Part shown: one piece after another, positions 1 to 7,073 of the stretch
Position numbering within the stretch: position 1 is the first letter of the stretch
Layout: each line of letters starts with the position of its first letter
From: a virus
Taxonomy: Duplodnaviria; Caudoviricetes
IMG/VR virus record: IMGVR_UViG_3300031839_001335
Location: 1-33,646 of that record
Direction: 5' to 3' (one strand)
Length of the DNA: 33,646 nucleotides
The notes under the pieces: generated by a model
The model's database searches: none
Seen by the model: the letters and a program-made list of their open reading frames with translations, nothing else
What the model was told of the DNA's origin: nothing
Position numbers and translations under genes: made by a program

Positions 1-87
1 TGGTTGGTTCGAGAAACCAAACGAGCTTGCCAATGCAAAGCAAGGGGAATTTTGGTGGCGAGCAGAACTAAGGCGGAGAGCGGGATT

Positions 88-258
88 ATGAAAAGGTTTA
101 TTTTGACGAGGAAAATAACACATACAGAGAGAGCAGTGGTTGAGTCAGAATCATGGGATGACGCTAATGCTATGCTTAGAAGTGATGAAACTGACTTTGA
201 AATTCAGGCCGATGATGATATTGAAGATGAAACTATTGAATATATTGGCGACTGCTAA
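88..258 (+). CDS. Small acidic hypothetical protein (cassette-type ORF)
   Basis: ATG at 88 after GGAGAG. The stop TAA is the TAA of the core TGCTAAC (253-259). The ORF track extends it to a TTG at 4. Confidence 0.65.
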   Translation: MKRFILTRKITHTERAVVESESWDDANAMLRSDETDFEIQADDDIEDETIEYIGDC

Positions 259-271
259 CAGCGCAATAAGC
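253..271 (-). other. attI-like recombination site A
   Basis: Minus strand reads GCTTATT-GCGCT-GTTAGCA (7-nt box, 5-nt spacer, GTT core). It has no hairpin partner and matches sites at 2544-2562 and 25723-25741. Confidence 0.55.
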
Positions 272-321
272 GGAACACTATCCACGTAATTTAATATTAA
301 ACTTAATAAAAGGAAAAACAC

Positions 322-720
322 ATGAACATCATAAGTTTTACAGGCAATCTAGGACGTGACGTTGAAGTAAAAGTTACACCGAGCGGCGTATCAGTAGCTA
401 ACTTCAGCGTACCAATAAAATCAGGATACGGTAATAATGAAAAAACATCATGGGTACGTTGCTCAATGATCGGCAAACGTGCTGAGGGCGGATTAATTCA
501 GTATCTTAAAAAAGGCCAGTTAGTCGGCATCAGCGGTGAATTATCAGTGAATACATATACAAATAAAGAAGGCCAAGAAAAAACCAGTGTAGAAGTATTT
601 GTTAAAGAGATTGATTTATTGGGCAGTAAGAATAGCAATCAATCGGCTGATAACTTTTCATCAGCACCAGCGCAGCCTAAAGAGCCGATGGATGCTTTTG
701 GTGCTGATATTCCGTTTTAA
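322..720 (+). CDS. ssb: Single-stranded DNA-binding protein
   Basis: OB-fold motifs GNLGRD, VANFS and KKGQLV.ISGEL, plus the acidic C-terminal DIPF tail. Confidence 0.95.
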   Translation: MNIISFTGNLGRDVEVKVTPSGVSVANFSVPIKSGYGNNEKTSWVRCSMIGKRAEGGLIQYLKKGQLVGISGELSVNTYTNKEGQEKTSVEVFVKEIDLLGSKNSNQSADNFSSAPAQPKEPMDAFGADIPF

Positions 721-725
721 AAAAC

Positions 726-1052
726 ATGACCAAGCGTATGAAATGGCAAGACATAGCACCCCCTATTCCAAAAGGCGACCCTATGCCAATGACTGAAGAA
801 TATTTCAGAAAGCATCAAGCAATGGCACATGATCTGATTGATAAACAACGTATTGAAATATCTAAGTTAAAGCAACGGGTTAATAACTTAGAATTGAAGA
901 ATAAGTCCATGACAGGTAAAAAACTAATACGCCAAATAATAACAAGACTAAATTATAAGGGCGATGTTTACTTTGTTGGCCACATCGTAAAAGAAATAGA
1001 ATCCCTAACATCAGATGAACTACTCGCATTGATTGGAGGTAAAGCAAAATGA
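726..1052 (+). CDS. Hypothetical phage protein with a coiled-coil segment
   Basis: 108-aa ORF tightly packed between ssb and the next gene (ATGA overlap). Confidence 0.7.
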   Translation: MTKRMKWQDIAPPIPKGDPMPMTEEYFRKHQAMAHDLIDKQRIEISKLKQRVNNLELKNKSMTGKKLIRQIITRLNYKGDVYFVGHIVKEIESLTSDELLALIGGKAK

Positions 1053-1222
1053 ACACAACAGCATCAACATTCTTTAGCCTCATGGCTGAGTTCGGAACAG
1101 CACAAATACCGCTTGAGAGCATGTGCGATAAGTATTTCAACCTAAAGTATGGGGCAGCCAAGAGAAAAGCGGCCAAACAATCATTGCCAGCTAATTTTGG
1201 ATGCCCTTATTGGAGCGCCTAA
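1049..1222 (+). CDS. PrtN-like (pyocin activator family) small DNA-binding protein, apparently C-terminally truncated or chimeric
   Basis: Not in the ORF track. Reads MNTTASTFFSLMAEFGTAQIPLESMCDKYFNLKYGAAKRKAAKQSLPANFGCPYWSA with a GGAGG RBS. LMAEFG..IPL...C.KYF resembles the PrtN N-terminus. The stop lies inside the attC core GCCTAAC. Confidence 0.65.
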   Translation: MNTTASTFFSLMAEFGTAQIPLESMCDKYFNLKYGAAKRKAAKQSLPANFGCPYWSA

Positions 1223-1279
1223 CGCCTTAGTTAAAAGGCGGCTGCTTTTTAGCCGTCATTTTTGAACGACTTGTTAGCT
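1217..1279 (-). other. attC site 1 (63 bp)
   Basis: Minus strand: AGCTAAC-AAGTC-GTTCAAAA...TTTTAAC-TAAGGC-GTTAGGC, with an internal CGGCT/AGCCG stem. Confidence 0.88.
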
Positions 1280-1296
1280 GTTGGAGCTTGATTATT

Positions 1297-1548
1297 ATGA
1301 AAATACCAGAAGAATTAGAAGCAATTATTTACGACACAATGAAGCAGATGAGTGACCACAGTAAGGCTCTCTGCGATTTGGTGAACACGCACGGAACTGA
1401 CGAGCAAAAACAAGCATACAAAGAGGCTGTTTACGCTCCTGTGGTTCGGTTTTCTTTGATTCTCGGCAAAGACGCTATTGCACGCCATAAAATCAGGCAC
1501 GAAGAAATAAGCAAGCAGGTAAAAGCCTGCTTACATAGTGACAGCTAA
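1297..1548 (+). CDS. Gene-cassette ORF, hypothetical protein
   Basis: Bounded by GTTAGCTG (1273) and CAGCTAAC (ending 1549), which are perfect complements. GGAG RBS. The stop lies in the core. Confidence 0.8.
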   Translation: MKIPEELEAIIYDTMKQMSDHSKALCDLVNTHGTDEQKQAYKEAVYAPVVRFSLILGKDAIARHKIRHEEISKQVKACLHSDS

Positions 1549-1607
1549 CGTAATAACTAAGGGGTGCGTAGCGAAGCGGAGCATCCCGCTTGAGTGACTT
1601 GTTATGA
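1543..1607 (-). other. attC site 2 (65 bp)
   Basis: Minus strand: TCATAAC-AAGTC-ACTCAAGC-GGGATGC...GCACC-CCTTAGT-TATTAC-GTTAGCT. Confidence 0.9.
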
Positions 1608-1801
1608 GTAATTTTCAATTTAGCAACGTGGTTGTTGTAGATGATGACCAAATAGGCGTGATCGTCAAATCATGGGCAGACGGAAAGCATGATGTTTATG
1701 TGCGTAGTTACAACGGCGTGAGGGAGTACCCAGAAAGCGAGATTAAGCATTTTATTTACAGTAAAACCCTTGATGAAGATGAATACGCTTTTTACTCATA
1801 A
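1604..1801 (+). CDS. Gene-cassette ORF, small protein with an SH3/KOW-like beta pattern
   Basis: Bounded by GTTATGAG (1601) and CTCATAAC (ending 1802). The ATG and the TAA both lie inside the cores. Confidence 0.8.
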   Translation: MSNFQFSNVVVVDDDQIGVIVKSWADGKHDVYVRSYNGVREYPESEIKHFIYSKTLDEDEYAFYS

Positions 1802-1871
1802 CCCCGCTATTTTGCGGCGCACGTAGTGCGTCCGAGTGACCATCGGGAACGACAACAATGCTTTGTTATGT
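1796..1871 (-). other. attC site 3 (76 bp)
   Basis: Plus strand: TCATAAC-CCCGCT-ATTTTG...CAACAAT-GCTTT-GTTATGT, with an internal CGCAC/GTGCG stem. Confidence 0.8.
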
Positions 1872-1889
1872 GCCGACGAGGAGAGAGAA

Positions 1890-2057
1890 ATGGAAAATAT
1901 TGATGGTGACACAATGCAAGATTTTATTAACTGGCTTTCAGATAGAGAGCAGGACATTGCTGATGGTGTTGAAGATTTTGGGGGACTCCGTGCGATATTC
2001 TTCAGCCTATTTGGGCGTAATGCTGGTGAGAAAGTTGAGCCAGACCCGTTCTGGTAG
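1890..2057 (+). CDS. Gene-cassette ORF, small acidic hypothetical protein
   Basis: GAGGAG RBS before ATG 1890. Cassette bounded by GTTATGTG (1865) and CACATAAC (ending 2066). An in-frame GTG at 1836 lies inside the attC. Confidence 0.75.
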   Translation: MENIDGDTMQDFINWLSDREQDIADGVEDFGGLRAIFFSLFGRNAGEKVEPDPFW

Positions 2058-2059
2058 GC

Positions 2060-2137
2060 ACATAACGCCAATGCTTAGGGGCGCGAGGTACGAGCGTCCC
2101 AGTGAGTAAAGCGAACGACTAGAGCTACTTGTTAGCG
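2060..2137 (-). other. attC site 4 (78 bp)
   Basis: Plus strand: ACATAAC-GCCAAT-GCTTAG...CTAGAGC-TACTT-GTTAGCG, with a GGGGCGC/GCGTCCC stem. Confidence 0.85.
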
Positions 2138-2149
2138 CGAGGAAAAGAG

Positions 2150-2335
2150 ATGGAAATATTATGTTGGATTTTAGCCCTTATTTGGGTTTCCGGCTGGATC
2201 AAAGAATTGGCTTGGGTTCATTCCACCATGGAAAGACACGGTATTGAATACCCGGATGACGCAGTGAAGTACGCGATGCCTGTGGTGCTGTTCCTTGCCT
2301 GGCCGTATTTCTACTTTTATGGAAAGACACGCTAA
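2150..2335 (+). CDS. Gene-cassette ORF, small two-TM membrane protein
   Basis: GAGG RBS and two hydrophobic segments. Bounded by GTTAGCG (2131) and CGCTAAC (ending 2336). Confidence 0.8.
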   Translation: MEILCWILALIWVSGWIKELAWVHSTMERHGIEYPDDAVKYAMPVVLFLAWPYFYFYGKTR

Positions 2336-2393
2336 CGCCATAGCTGTGCGGCGTGGAGCGCAGCGGAACGTCCGAACGAGCGACTTGTTAGGC
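2330..2393 (-). other. attC site 5 (64 bp)
   Basis: Plus strand: CGCTAAC-GCCATA-GCTGT...ACGAGC-GACTT-GTTAGGC. Confidence 0.85.
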
Positions 2394-2440
2394 GTAATTG
2401 GAGACTGAAATGAGCAGGCAGAAGGACTTAGCATGCCACA

Positions 2441-2512
2441 TCCTTTAAGAAAAATATTTTCTTAAAGGATAGCATTATATTTCTTAAAGGACAAAAGCAC
2501 TTTCTTAAAGGA
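2441..2512. repeat. Iteron-like 12-bp repeats TTTCTTAAAGGA (3 direct, 1 inverted) inside an essentially non-coding cassette
   Basis: Direct copies at 2458, 2480 and 2501. Inverted copy TCCTTTAAGAAA at 2441-2452. Confidence 0.85.
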
Positions 2513-2543
2513 TGGAGTTTCTTCAGTTGACCTCGGCTTGAGC

Positions 2544-2562
2544 GCCTAACAGCGTATTAACA
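2544..2562 (-). other. attI-like recombination site C
   Basis: Minus strand TGTTAAT-ACGCT-GTTAGGC. It terminates the array and has no hairpin partner. Confidence 0.5.
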
Positions 2563-2591
2563 GGCAAAAAATAACTATACAGTACGCATAT

Positions 2592-2984
2592 TTACCTGTC
2601 TTTCATCGTTTTTACTACTTTCTCGCTGCTTCTTCCAACAATGTATCCACCGAGTCCGATTTTCAATAAATCCCACAGGTCGGGAGGCAAGATTAACTTA
2701 GGTGCCTCGCTCCAAAAGAGTGAAAGATAAGGATAAATGATATAATTGTTTGCAACAATCCCTGCGAATATCAACATAGTAATTGGCCTCCATGAAGCAA
2801 CAATCCAATGCTCAGACTTTGCTTCAGAGACAATCACATTCATGGCAGACTCTAATTCTTTGAGCTTTCCTTGTTGCTCAAGCTCTAATAGTGCGGCTTG
2901 CGCCTTTGCTCTTTCTAATGGGTCAGGAAATATCTTGCTGATTATAGTTGAACCGAAACTAAGAATCTCACCTACTGGAATCAT
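2592..2984 (-). CDS. Holin (3TM/GTA-holin-like family)
   Basis: IFPDP.ERAKA, EAKSEHW...WRP and LGGYIVGRS.EK motifs, hydrophobic segments, and position near the endolysin. Confidence 0.85.
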   Translation of the reverse strand: MIPVGEILSFGSTIISKIFPDPLERAKAQAALLELEQQGKLKELESAMNVIVSEAKSEHWIVASWRPITMLIFAGIVANNYIIYPYLSLFWSEAPKLILPPDLWDLLKIGLGGYIVGRSSEKVVKTMKDR

Positions 2985-3373
2985 TTAAACCACCTATGCT
3001 CTAAATATTTTACTAAATCCCAAAACCTTACGCCTGAATATAGCAAGCCGACCTTTAATGTATTGATGTTCTGGTTCTTTAAGCTATATAGAAAAACTTT
3101 TGCTGCATACCGTCTAGTTAATCCCATCTCACCTTCATACATTCGTCTCAGCAAGAAGTCGTGAATAACGGCAGATACCTTATACTCACCATCTGGCGGC
3201 AATATCAGCGATATTGGGTATGGAATACTAGCCAAGTCAGTTGGGAACCCCTTTGGAACGCTTCTTGATACCCCGTCTATAGTGAAGTAGAAGTCACTGG
3301 TTAGCCTCCAGCCATGCTCCTTATCTTTCTTTACTTCAAGTTTTGAAAGGTGGCTTACTTTCATTCCGACCAC
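2981..3373 (-). CDS. DUF1353-like protein
   Basis: VPKGFPTDLASIP...SAVIHDFL...GVR motifs. Confidence 0.85.
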   Translation of the reverse strand: MVGMKVSHLSKLEVKKDKEHGWRLTSDFYFTIDGVSRSVPKGFPTDLASIPYPISLILPPDGEYKVSAVIHDFLLRRMYEGEMGLTRRYAAKVFLYSLKNQNINTLKVGLLYSGVRFWDLVKYLEHRWFK

Positions 3374-3795
3374 CTTATATGTAAATGATGTTCTTCGTAT
3401 GGACTTACGAGATTATAAAACTCTTTAATTGATGCCCGTGAGCTAGTTACCATCTGCCCAACATGCTCTTTGCCTAACCCTATGCAGCCTTGGACTTCTT
3501 TAGCATAATTAGCAACGTGAATTAAGCAAGCGTACCGTTTGCTCTTCACCTCTTTGTATTTAGTTACTTCACCATCCATATCAACCATGCACAGAACATT
3601 GCCGTACTTTGGTGAGCTGAACGGCACTAGCTTATAATGACCATCGGGAACACATGATTTGAAAGGCATGTTCCTGAACCAAGGCTTTTCAACCGTAGCA
3701 AACTTTTTTTCGTCTCCGATATAAAGACTGCCAAACGTTCCTTGATCGGTTGATTCGTGTCGATGGAGTGTTAGTTTCATCTTATAATTCGCCAT
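3361..3795 (-). CDS. DUF5675-like putative endolysin (start probably ATG 3780)
   Basis: TFGSL...TVEKPW...SCVPDGHY...LIHVANY..EVQGCIGLG motifs in the lysis module. Confidence 0.8.
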   Translation of the reverse strand: MANYKMKLTLHRHESTDQGTFGSLYIGDEKKFATVEKPWFRNMPFKSCVPDGHYKLVPFSSPKYGNVLCMVDMDGEVTKYKEVKSKRYACLIHVANYAKEVQGCIGLGKEHVGQMVTSSRASIKEFYNLVSPYEEHHLHIRWSE

Positions 3796-4636
3796 ACAGT
3801 CGCAACGTGCCGAAAAGCTGATCTGTCGGGTCGTTGTCTGTTTGGATGCGGATGCGCGTTATTGCCGCAGTAATTGAGCTAACTGTAGATGTAAGGAGTA
3901 CCTGTATATTGTCAGTGTCACGGTAAGTGTTGGAAATACTGGTAGCAATTTTTAGGTTACTCCCGGCATAATCCTCAATCGTTAATTTAAGATATGAATA
4001 CGAGCCGCTTGGCGAACTGGCTGCTGCCGCCGAGCCGATTCTTGCCTCTGCCACCTCGGAGCCTGTTGTTGAGTTATTTGACCCACCGACCCATTGCCTA
4101 TGATAGTTTGAGGCCGTGGTGTCTGCATTCATGTATAACACAACGGCATCAAGTGTGCTGGACACGTCTCCACGTACTGCGCCCTCAATAATAATTCGAT
4201 TAAACCCAGACGGAATGTTGTTAAAATCAAAATCTCCAGCAGTCGTGTTATTGATTTCCTCAATTAGCTGCTTGCCGTAATATGGAGCGCGGTAGCTTTC
4301 CCATTTAGTGATTGTGATCGTGTTGCCTGCCGCCTCGTCTACAATGACATCGCCATCCGTACCGCCAATGGTCATCTTACCTGCTGCAATGGCCGTGATC
4401 TTAGCCGAATAGATGTTGTTGGCTGCGTTGCTAAATCCGGTGACGTTGACATAATCATCCGCATCAAACCCGGCCGTTATAAAACCGTTGCCAGAATCGT
4501 TAAATGAGTTGTCGGCGTTGGCGGCCGAAATAGTGGTGCCTGATATGGTGACCGATGTGGATAGCTGGGACAGAATGACTTGATCTGTGTACGCTGGCGC
4601 ACTGGATGCCGTTAATTTAGAAATTGGTGTGGTCAT
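3782..4636 (-). CDS. Virion tail or fibre-associated protein
   Basis: S/T/G/A-rich beta protein. N-terminal ISKLT and C-terminal AAITRIRI...LRLYG patterns are typical of phage tail proteins. Confidence 0.6.
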   Translation of the reverse strand: MTTPISKLTASSAPAYTDQVILSQLSTSVTISGTTISAANADNSFNDSGNGFITAGFDADDYVNVTGFSNAANNIYSAKITAIAAGKMTIGGTDGDVIVDEAAGNTITITKWESYRAPYYGKQLIEEINNTTAGDFDFNNIPSGFNRIIIEGAVRGDVSSTLDAVVLYMNADTTASNYHRQWVGGSNNSTTGSEVAEARIGSAAAASSPSGSYSYLKLTIEDYAGSNLKIATSISNTYRDTDNIQVLLTSTVSSITAAITRIRIQTDNDPTDQLFGTLRLYGEL

Positions 4637-4759
4637 TTGAAAGCTCCGTGAGACCCCGTCTCTTCAGGGCGGGGAGGTAAGAAGTGCTTTTGATCTTTTC
4701 TGTGCATAAATAATACCTTATATATTGACTTTCACATAATTTAATGCATTATATGAAGC

Positions 4760-4849
4760 ATGGTTAAAAAAGCATACAAATACAGATTCTATCCAGACGA
4801 AGAACAAGCAGAATTGCTTGCCAAGACGTTTGGCTGTGTTCGATATGTT
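4760..4849 (+). pseudogene. tnpB: tnpB 5' fragment (HTH_OrfB_IS605-like)
   Basis: Reads MVKKAYKYRFYPDEEQAELLAKTFGCVRYV, then is interrupted. Confidence 0.88.
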
Positions 4850-5549
4850 AGAAACTGATTCCGGCATCTCTCAAAGCTCCTTCTAAATAATCGATCCTTT
4901 TCTGCATATCCGTGACTGATCTGCGGTTATCTGTTTGTTGTTTTTTGGTTGCCCACCTACAATTATCTGGGTCATAGTTGCCGTTATTATTTATACGATC
5001 TAGTGTGTGGCTTTTTGATGGCCTGCGTCCCATATCCTCTAAGAATTTCGCATAGTTATTTACCCAGCTTTTGCATACGCTAATGCCTCTTTCGCCATAG
5101 TATTTGTAGCTAGGACTTTTATTATTCAAGCATCGGTCTTTCATCGACTGCCAGCTATAGTATTCGGAGCTGTAAGAATCTCCGTGAACAACTTTTTTGC
5201 TAAATTCACACCCGGTATTGCATGAACACTTACAGCCATCTTTTAGGCTAATACCAAGTGCATAAACAATCTCCCCGCAATCACAAATAACTTCATATTT
5301 TCGATTAGACCTATGTCCATTTTTGATTACTCTGTAATTTCCTGTTGCGGTGAGTGATCCAAAACGATCACCTTTAATAACAATGCTTTTCTTTCTTAAT
5401 TCTCCCGTTATGGCCTGTTCAAGCGTGGCCAATTTGTTCATCCTGGAACCAATCGTTGTTAATGGAATAGCATATTTTTTAGATGCTTCTTGTCTTGTTA
5501 AATACTCACCAAATACGTTGTGCTTTTTGGCTCTCATGGCTTTACTCAC
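4848..5549 (-). CDS. Phage HNH-type (His-Me finger) endonuclease
   Basis: CDCG/SCN motifs plus HG...EYYSWQSMKDRC...YGERGISVC...LDRINNNGNYDPDNCRWAT. Confidence 0.88.
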   Translation of the reverse strand: MSKAMRAKKHNVFGEYLTRQEASKKYAIPLTTIGSRMNKLATLEQAITGELRKKSIVIKGDRFGSLTATGNYRVIKNGHRSNRKYEVICDCGEIVYALGISLKDGCKCSCNTGCEFSKKVVHGDSYSSEYYSWQSMKDRCLNNKSPSYKYYGERGISVCKSWVNNYAKFLEDMGRRPSKSHTLDRINNNGNYDPDNCRWATKKQQTDNRRSVTDMQKRIDYLEGALRDAGISF

Positions 5550-5556
5550 TCTATAT

Positions 5557-5928
5557 AACGATAACCAATTATATCACAAAACCCTTCGCATTAAAAACAT
5601 GATTAAAAATCCTAAATTAGCCAAGCATATCGCGGACGCGTCTTGGGGAGAACTGACTAGGCAAATAGAGTATAAGTCCAATTGGGGCGGTCGTACTTTT
5701 GTCGCTATTGACCAATGGTTCCCTTCGAGTAAACGCTGTGATTGCTGCGGATACATTGCGGATACGTTGCCGCTCGATGTACGTTCCTGGACTTGTCCAG
5801 AGTGCTCAACAACACTGGATCGAGACATCAATGCGGCCAACAATATTAAGCGGGCGGGCTGCTCGTTAATAGCCTTTGGAGAGAATGTAAGCGGCATTGG
5901 GTTAGTCCCTGTGTCCAGTTCTCGATGA
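5557..5928 (+). pseudogene. tnpB: tnpB 3' fragment (Zn ribbon plus RuvC-III)
   Basis: NDNQ...IKNMIKNPKLAKHIADASWGEL..QIEYK...PSSKRCDCCG...WTCPEC...DRDINAANNI. Confidence 0.9.
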
Positions 5929-5967
5929 ATTAGGAATCTCCTTCCTTTATGTAGGAGAGCAGTCAAT

Positions 5968-6525
5968 TTATTCCTCTAGTATTATAGCGTTACCGCCCTC
6001 GGTTGTGATTGCTTCGTTGCTCTCGCTGTGTAGAGCCGTGCCTGATGCGGGTGCAGCAGCGCTGATCGTTGCGCTGTGAGTGGTGAGCGACAGAGCCTCA
6101 GCGTTGGCATTGATCGGGGTAGAAAGATTAATAAAAGCCGCATGAGTTGTTATCGTGAAACCAATATTTTTTGTGCCAATATTTCCTCGCAGCGCCCAAA
6201 CGCCAGACGTGCGGGATGCCGTGTACTTTGACACGGAATATTCGTTAGTCAGGTCAAGCATCAAGTCGCCAGACTCAACAGCTATCGACGGCAAATTGCC
6301 GTAGCGATCTATCTGTATCGGATTAGCGTGCTGGGTTACCGTGTTCCCCTCCACCGCCCATGCGCCCTTAGCCGTCGTGCCATCTGTGTCATAGATGTAA
6401 ATCTTATCCAGTGGGTCAATAAACCATCGCGGGTCAATGCTGTTGATGTAAGGCCAATCAAAAGGCACAGCATTTGTGATGGTTGCGGGGTGCGTGGTTA
6501 ATTCAAGTGTTACCAGCGCTGTCAT
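5968..6525 (-). CDS. Hypothetical virion/tail protein
   Basis: Co-oriented ORF in the late operon, coupled to the upstream gene. Confidence 0.65.
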   Translation of the reverse strand: MTALVTLELTTHPATITNAVPFDWPYINSIDPRWFIDPLDKIYIYDTDGTTAKGAWAVEGNTVTQHANPIQIDRYGNLPSIAVESGDLMLDLTNEYSVSKYTASRTSGVWALRGNIGTKNIGFTITTHAAFINLSTPINANAEALSLTTHSATISAAAPASGTALHSESNEAITTEGGNAIILEE

Positions 6526-7067
6526 CTGAGTAAACGCTCTTGCAGGCGAATCAACTGCTGTTGCAAGTAGTCAATCTGTTTGGCATTGCCTTCGACTCTG
6601 GATATGACCTTGTGCGGATGGCCGTCTTGATGCTCGTCAATCACCTCGCGTATCTGATCCAGTTCGCCGTCGATCTGACCCTTTTCATACTGCCAATCAG
6701 CGCGGGAAAACCGGGTTGCCTTGATGCCGCGAATGAACTCAGAATTGCGGTCCACCTCTTTGGTCAGGCCCACAAGAGCAGCCTGTGTGCTGGCATCGCC
6801 AAAGTCACTCAACGTCCGCAGATGCGAAGTTGTTTGCGTCTGCAAGTAAAACAAACCGCCGATAAACGAGATGATGACTGAGGCTGCAAGAGACATAGGT
6901 GCCCAGTTGACTCTTGACTGCTCAAGCTGACGTCTCTCGATGCGTTCAAGAACGCTGACAACTTGCCCGACCTCGGTGTCGATGCGAGTAAGGTTGCGGT
7001 CAGTTTCGGCTTGTTGCGTCCGTATATCAGAAATTTGCGATAACATCTCTGAATATGCCTCAGCCAT
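6522..7067 (-). CDS. Coiled-coil protein with one TM segment
   Basis: Heptad-rich with a central hydrophobic stretch (LAASVIISFIGGLFYL). Confidence 0.7.
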   Translation of the reverse strand: MAEAYSEMLSQISDIRTQQAETDRNLTRIDTEVGQVVSVLERIERRQLEQSRVNWAPMSLAASVIISFIGGLFYLQTQTTSHLRTLSDFGDASTQAALVGLTKEVDRNSEFIRGIKATRFSRADWQYEKGQIDGELDQIREVIDEHQDGHPHKVISRVEGNAKQIDYLQQQLIRLQERLLR

Positions 7068-7073
7068 TGTCTT

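Larger units (their letters stand above)
4641..5966 (+). mobile_element. Non-autonomous IS200/IS605-family element (disrupted tnpB) carrying an HNH gene
   Basis: Left-end hairpin CCCCGTC-TCTTCA-GGGCGGGG. Right-end hairpin TCTCCT...AGGAGA followed by a terminal TCAA. tnpB fragments inside. No target duplication and no tnpA. Confidence 0.85.

Noticed and set aside
1217-2393. Regularly spaced palindromes considered as a CRISPR array, REP elements or terminators
   Set aside because: The repeats are not identical, the intervals are 150-270 bp and mostly hold a gene, there are no U-tracts, and the R/L box architecture fits attC.
1796-2434. Minus-strand ORFs 1796-2071 and 2171-2434 as the true cassette genes
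   Set aside because: They run across cassette boundaries and lack RBSs, whereas the plus-strand ORFs fit the cassettes exactly.
4847-5559. HNH gene as another cassette (GTTAGAA at its stop, ATATAAC upstream)
   Set aside because: The cores are not complementary, there is no attC hairpin, and the AAC at 5557 belongs to the tnpB NDNQ codons. A GTT junction alone is too weak.
5350-5928. 192-aa ORF as an intact mini-TnpB
   Set aside because: Its first ~69 codons are the antisense of the HNH gene, and RuvC-I and the RuvC-II glutamate are missing.
4641-5966. IStron or self-splicing intron interpretation
   Set aside because: The element is intergenic and antisense to the late operon, and no group I or II core is recognisable.
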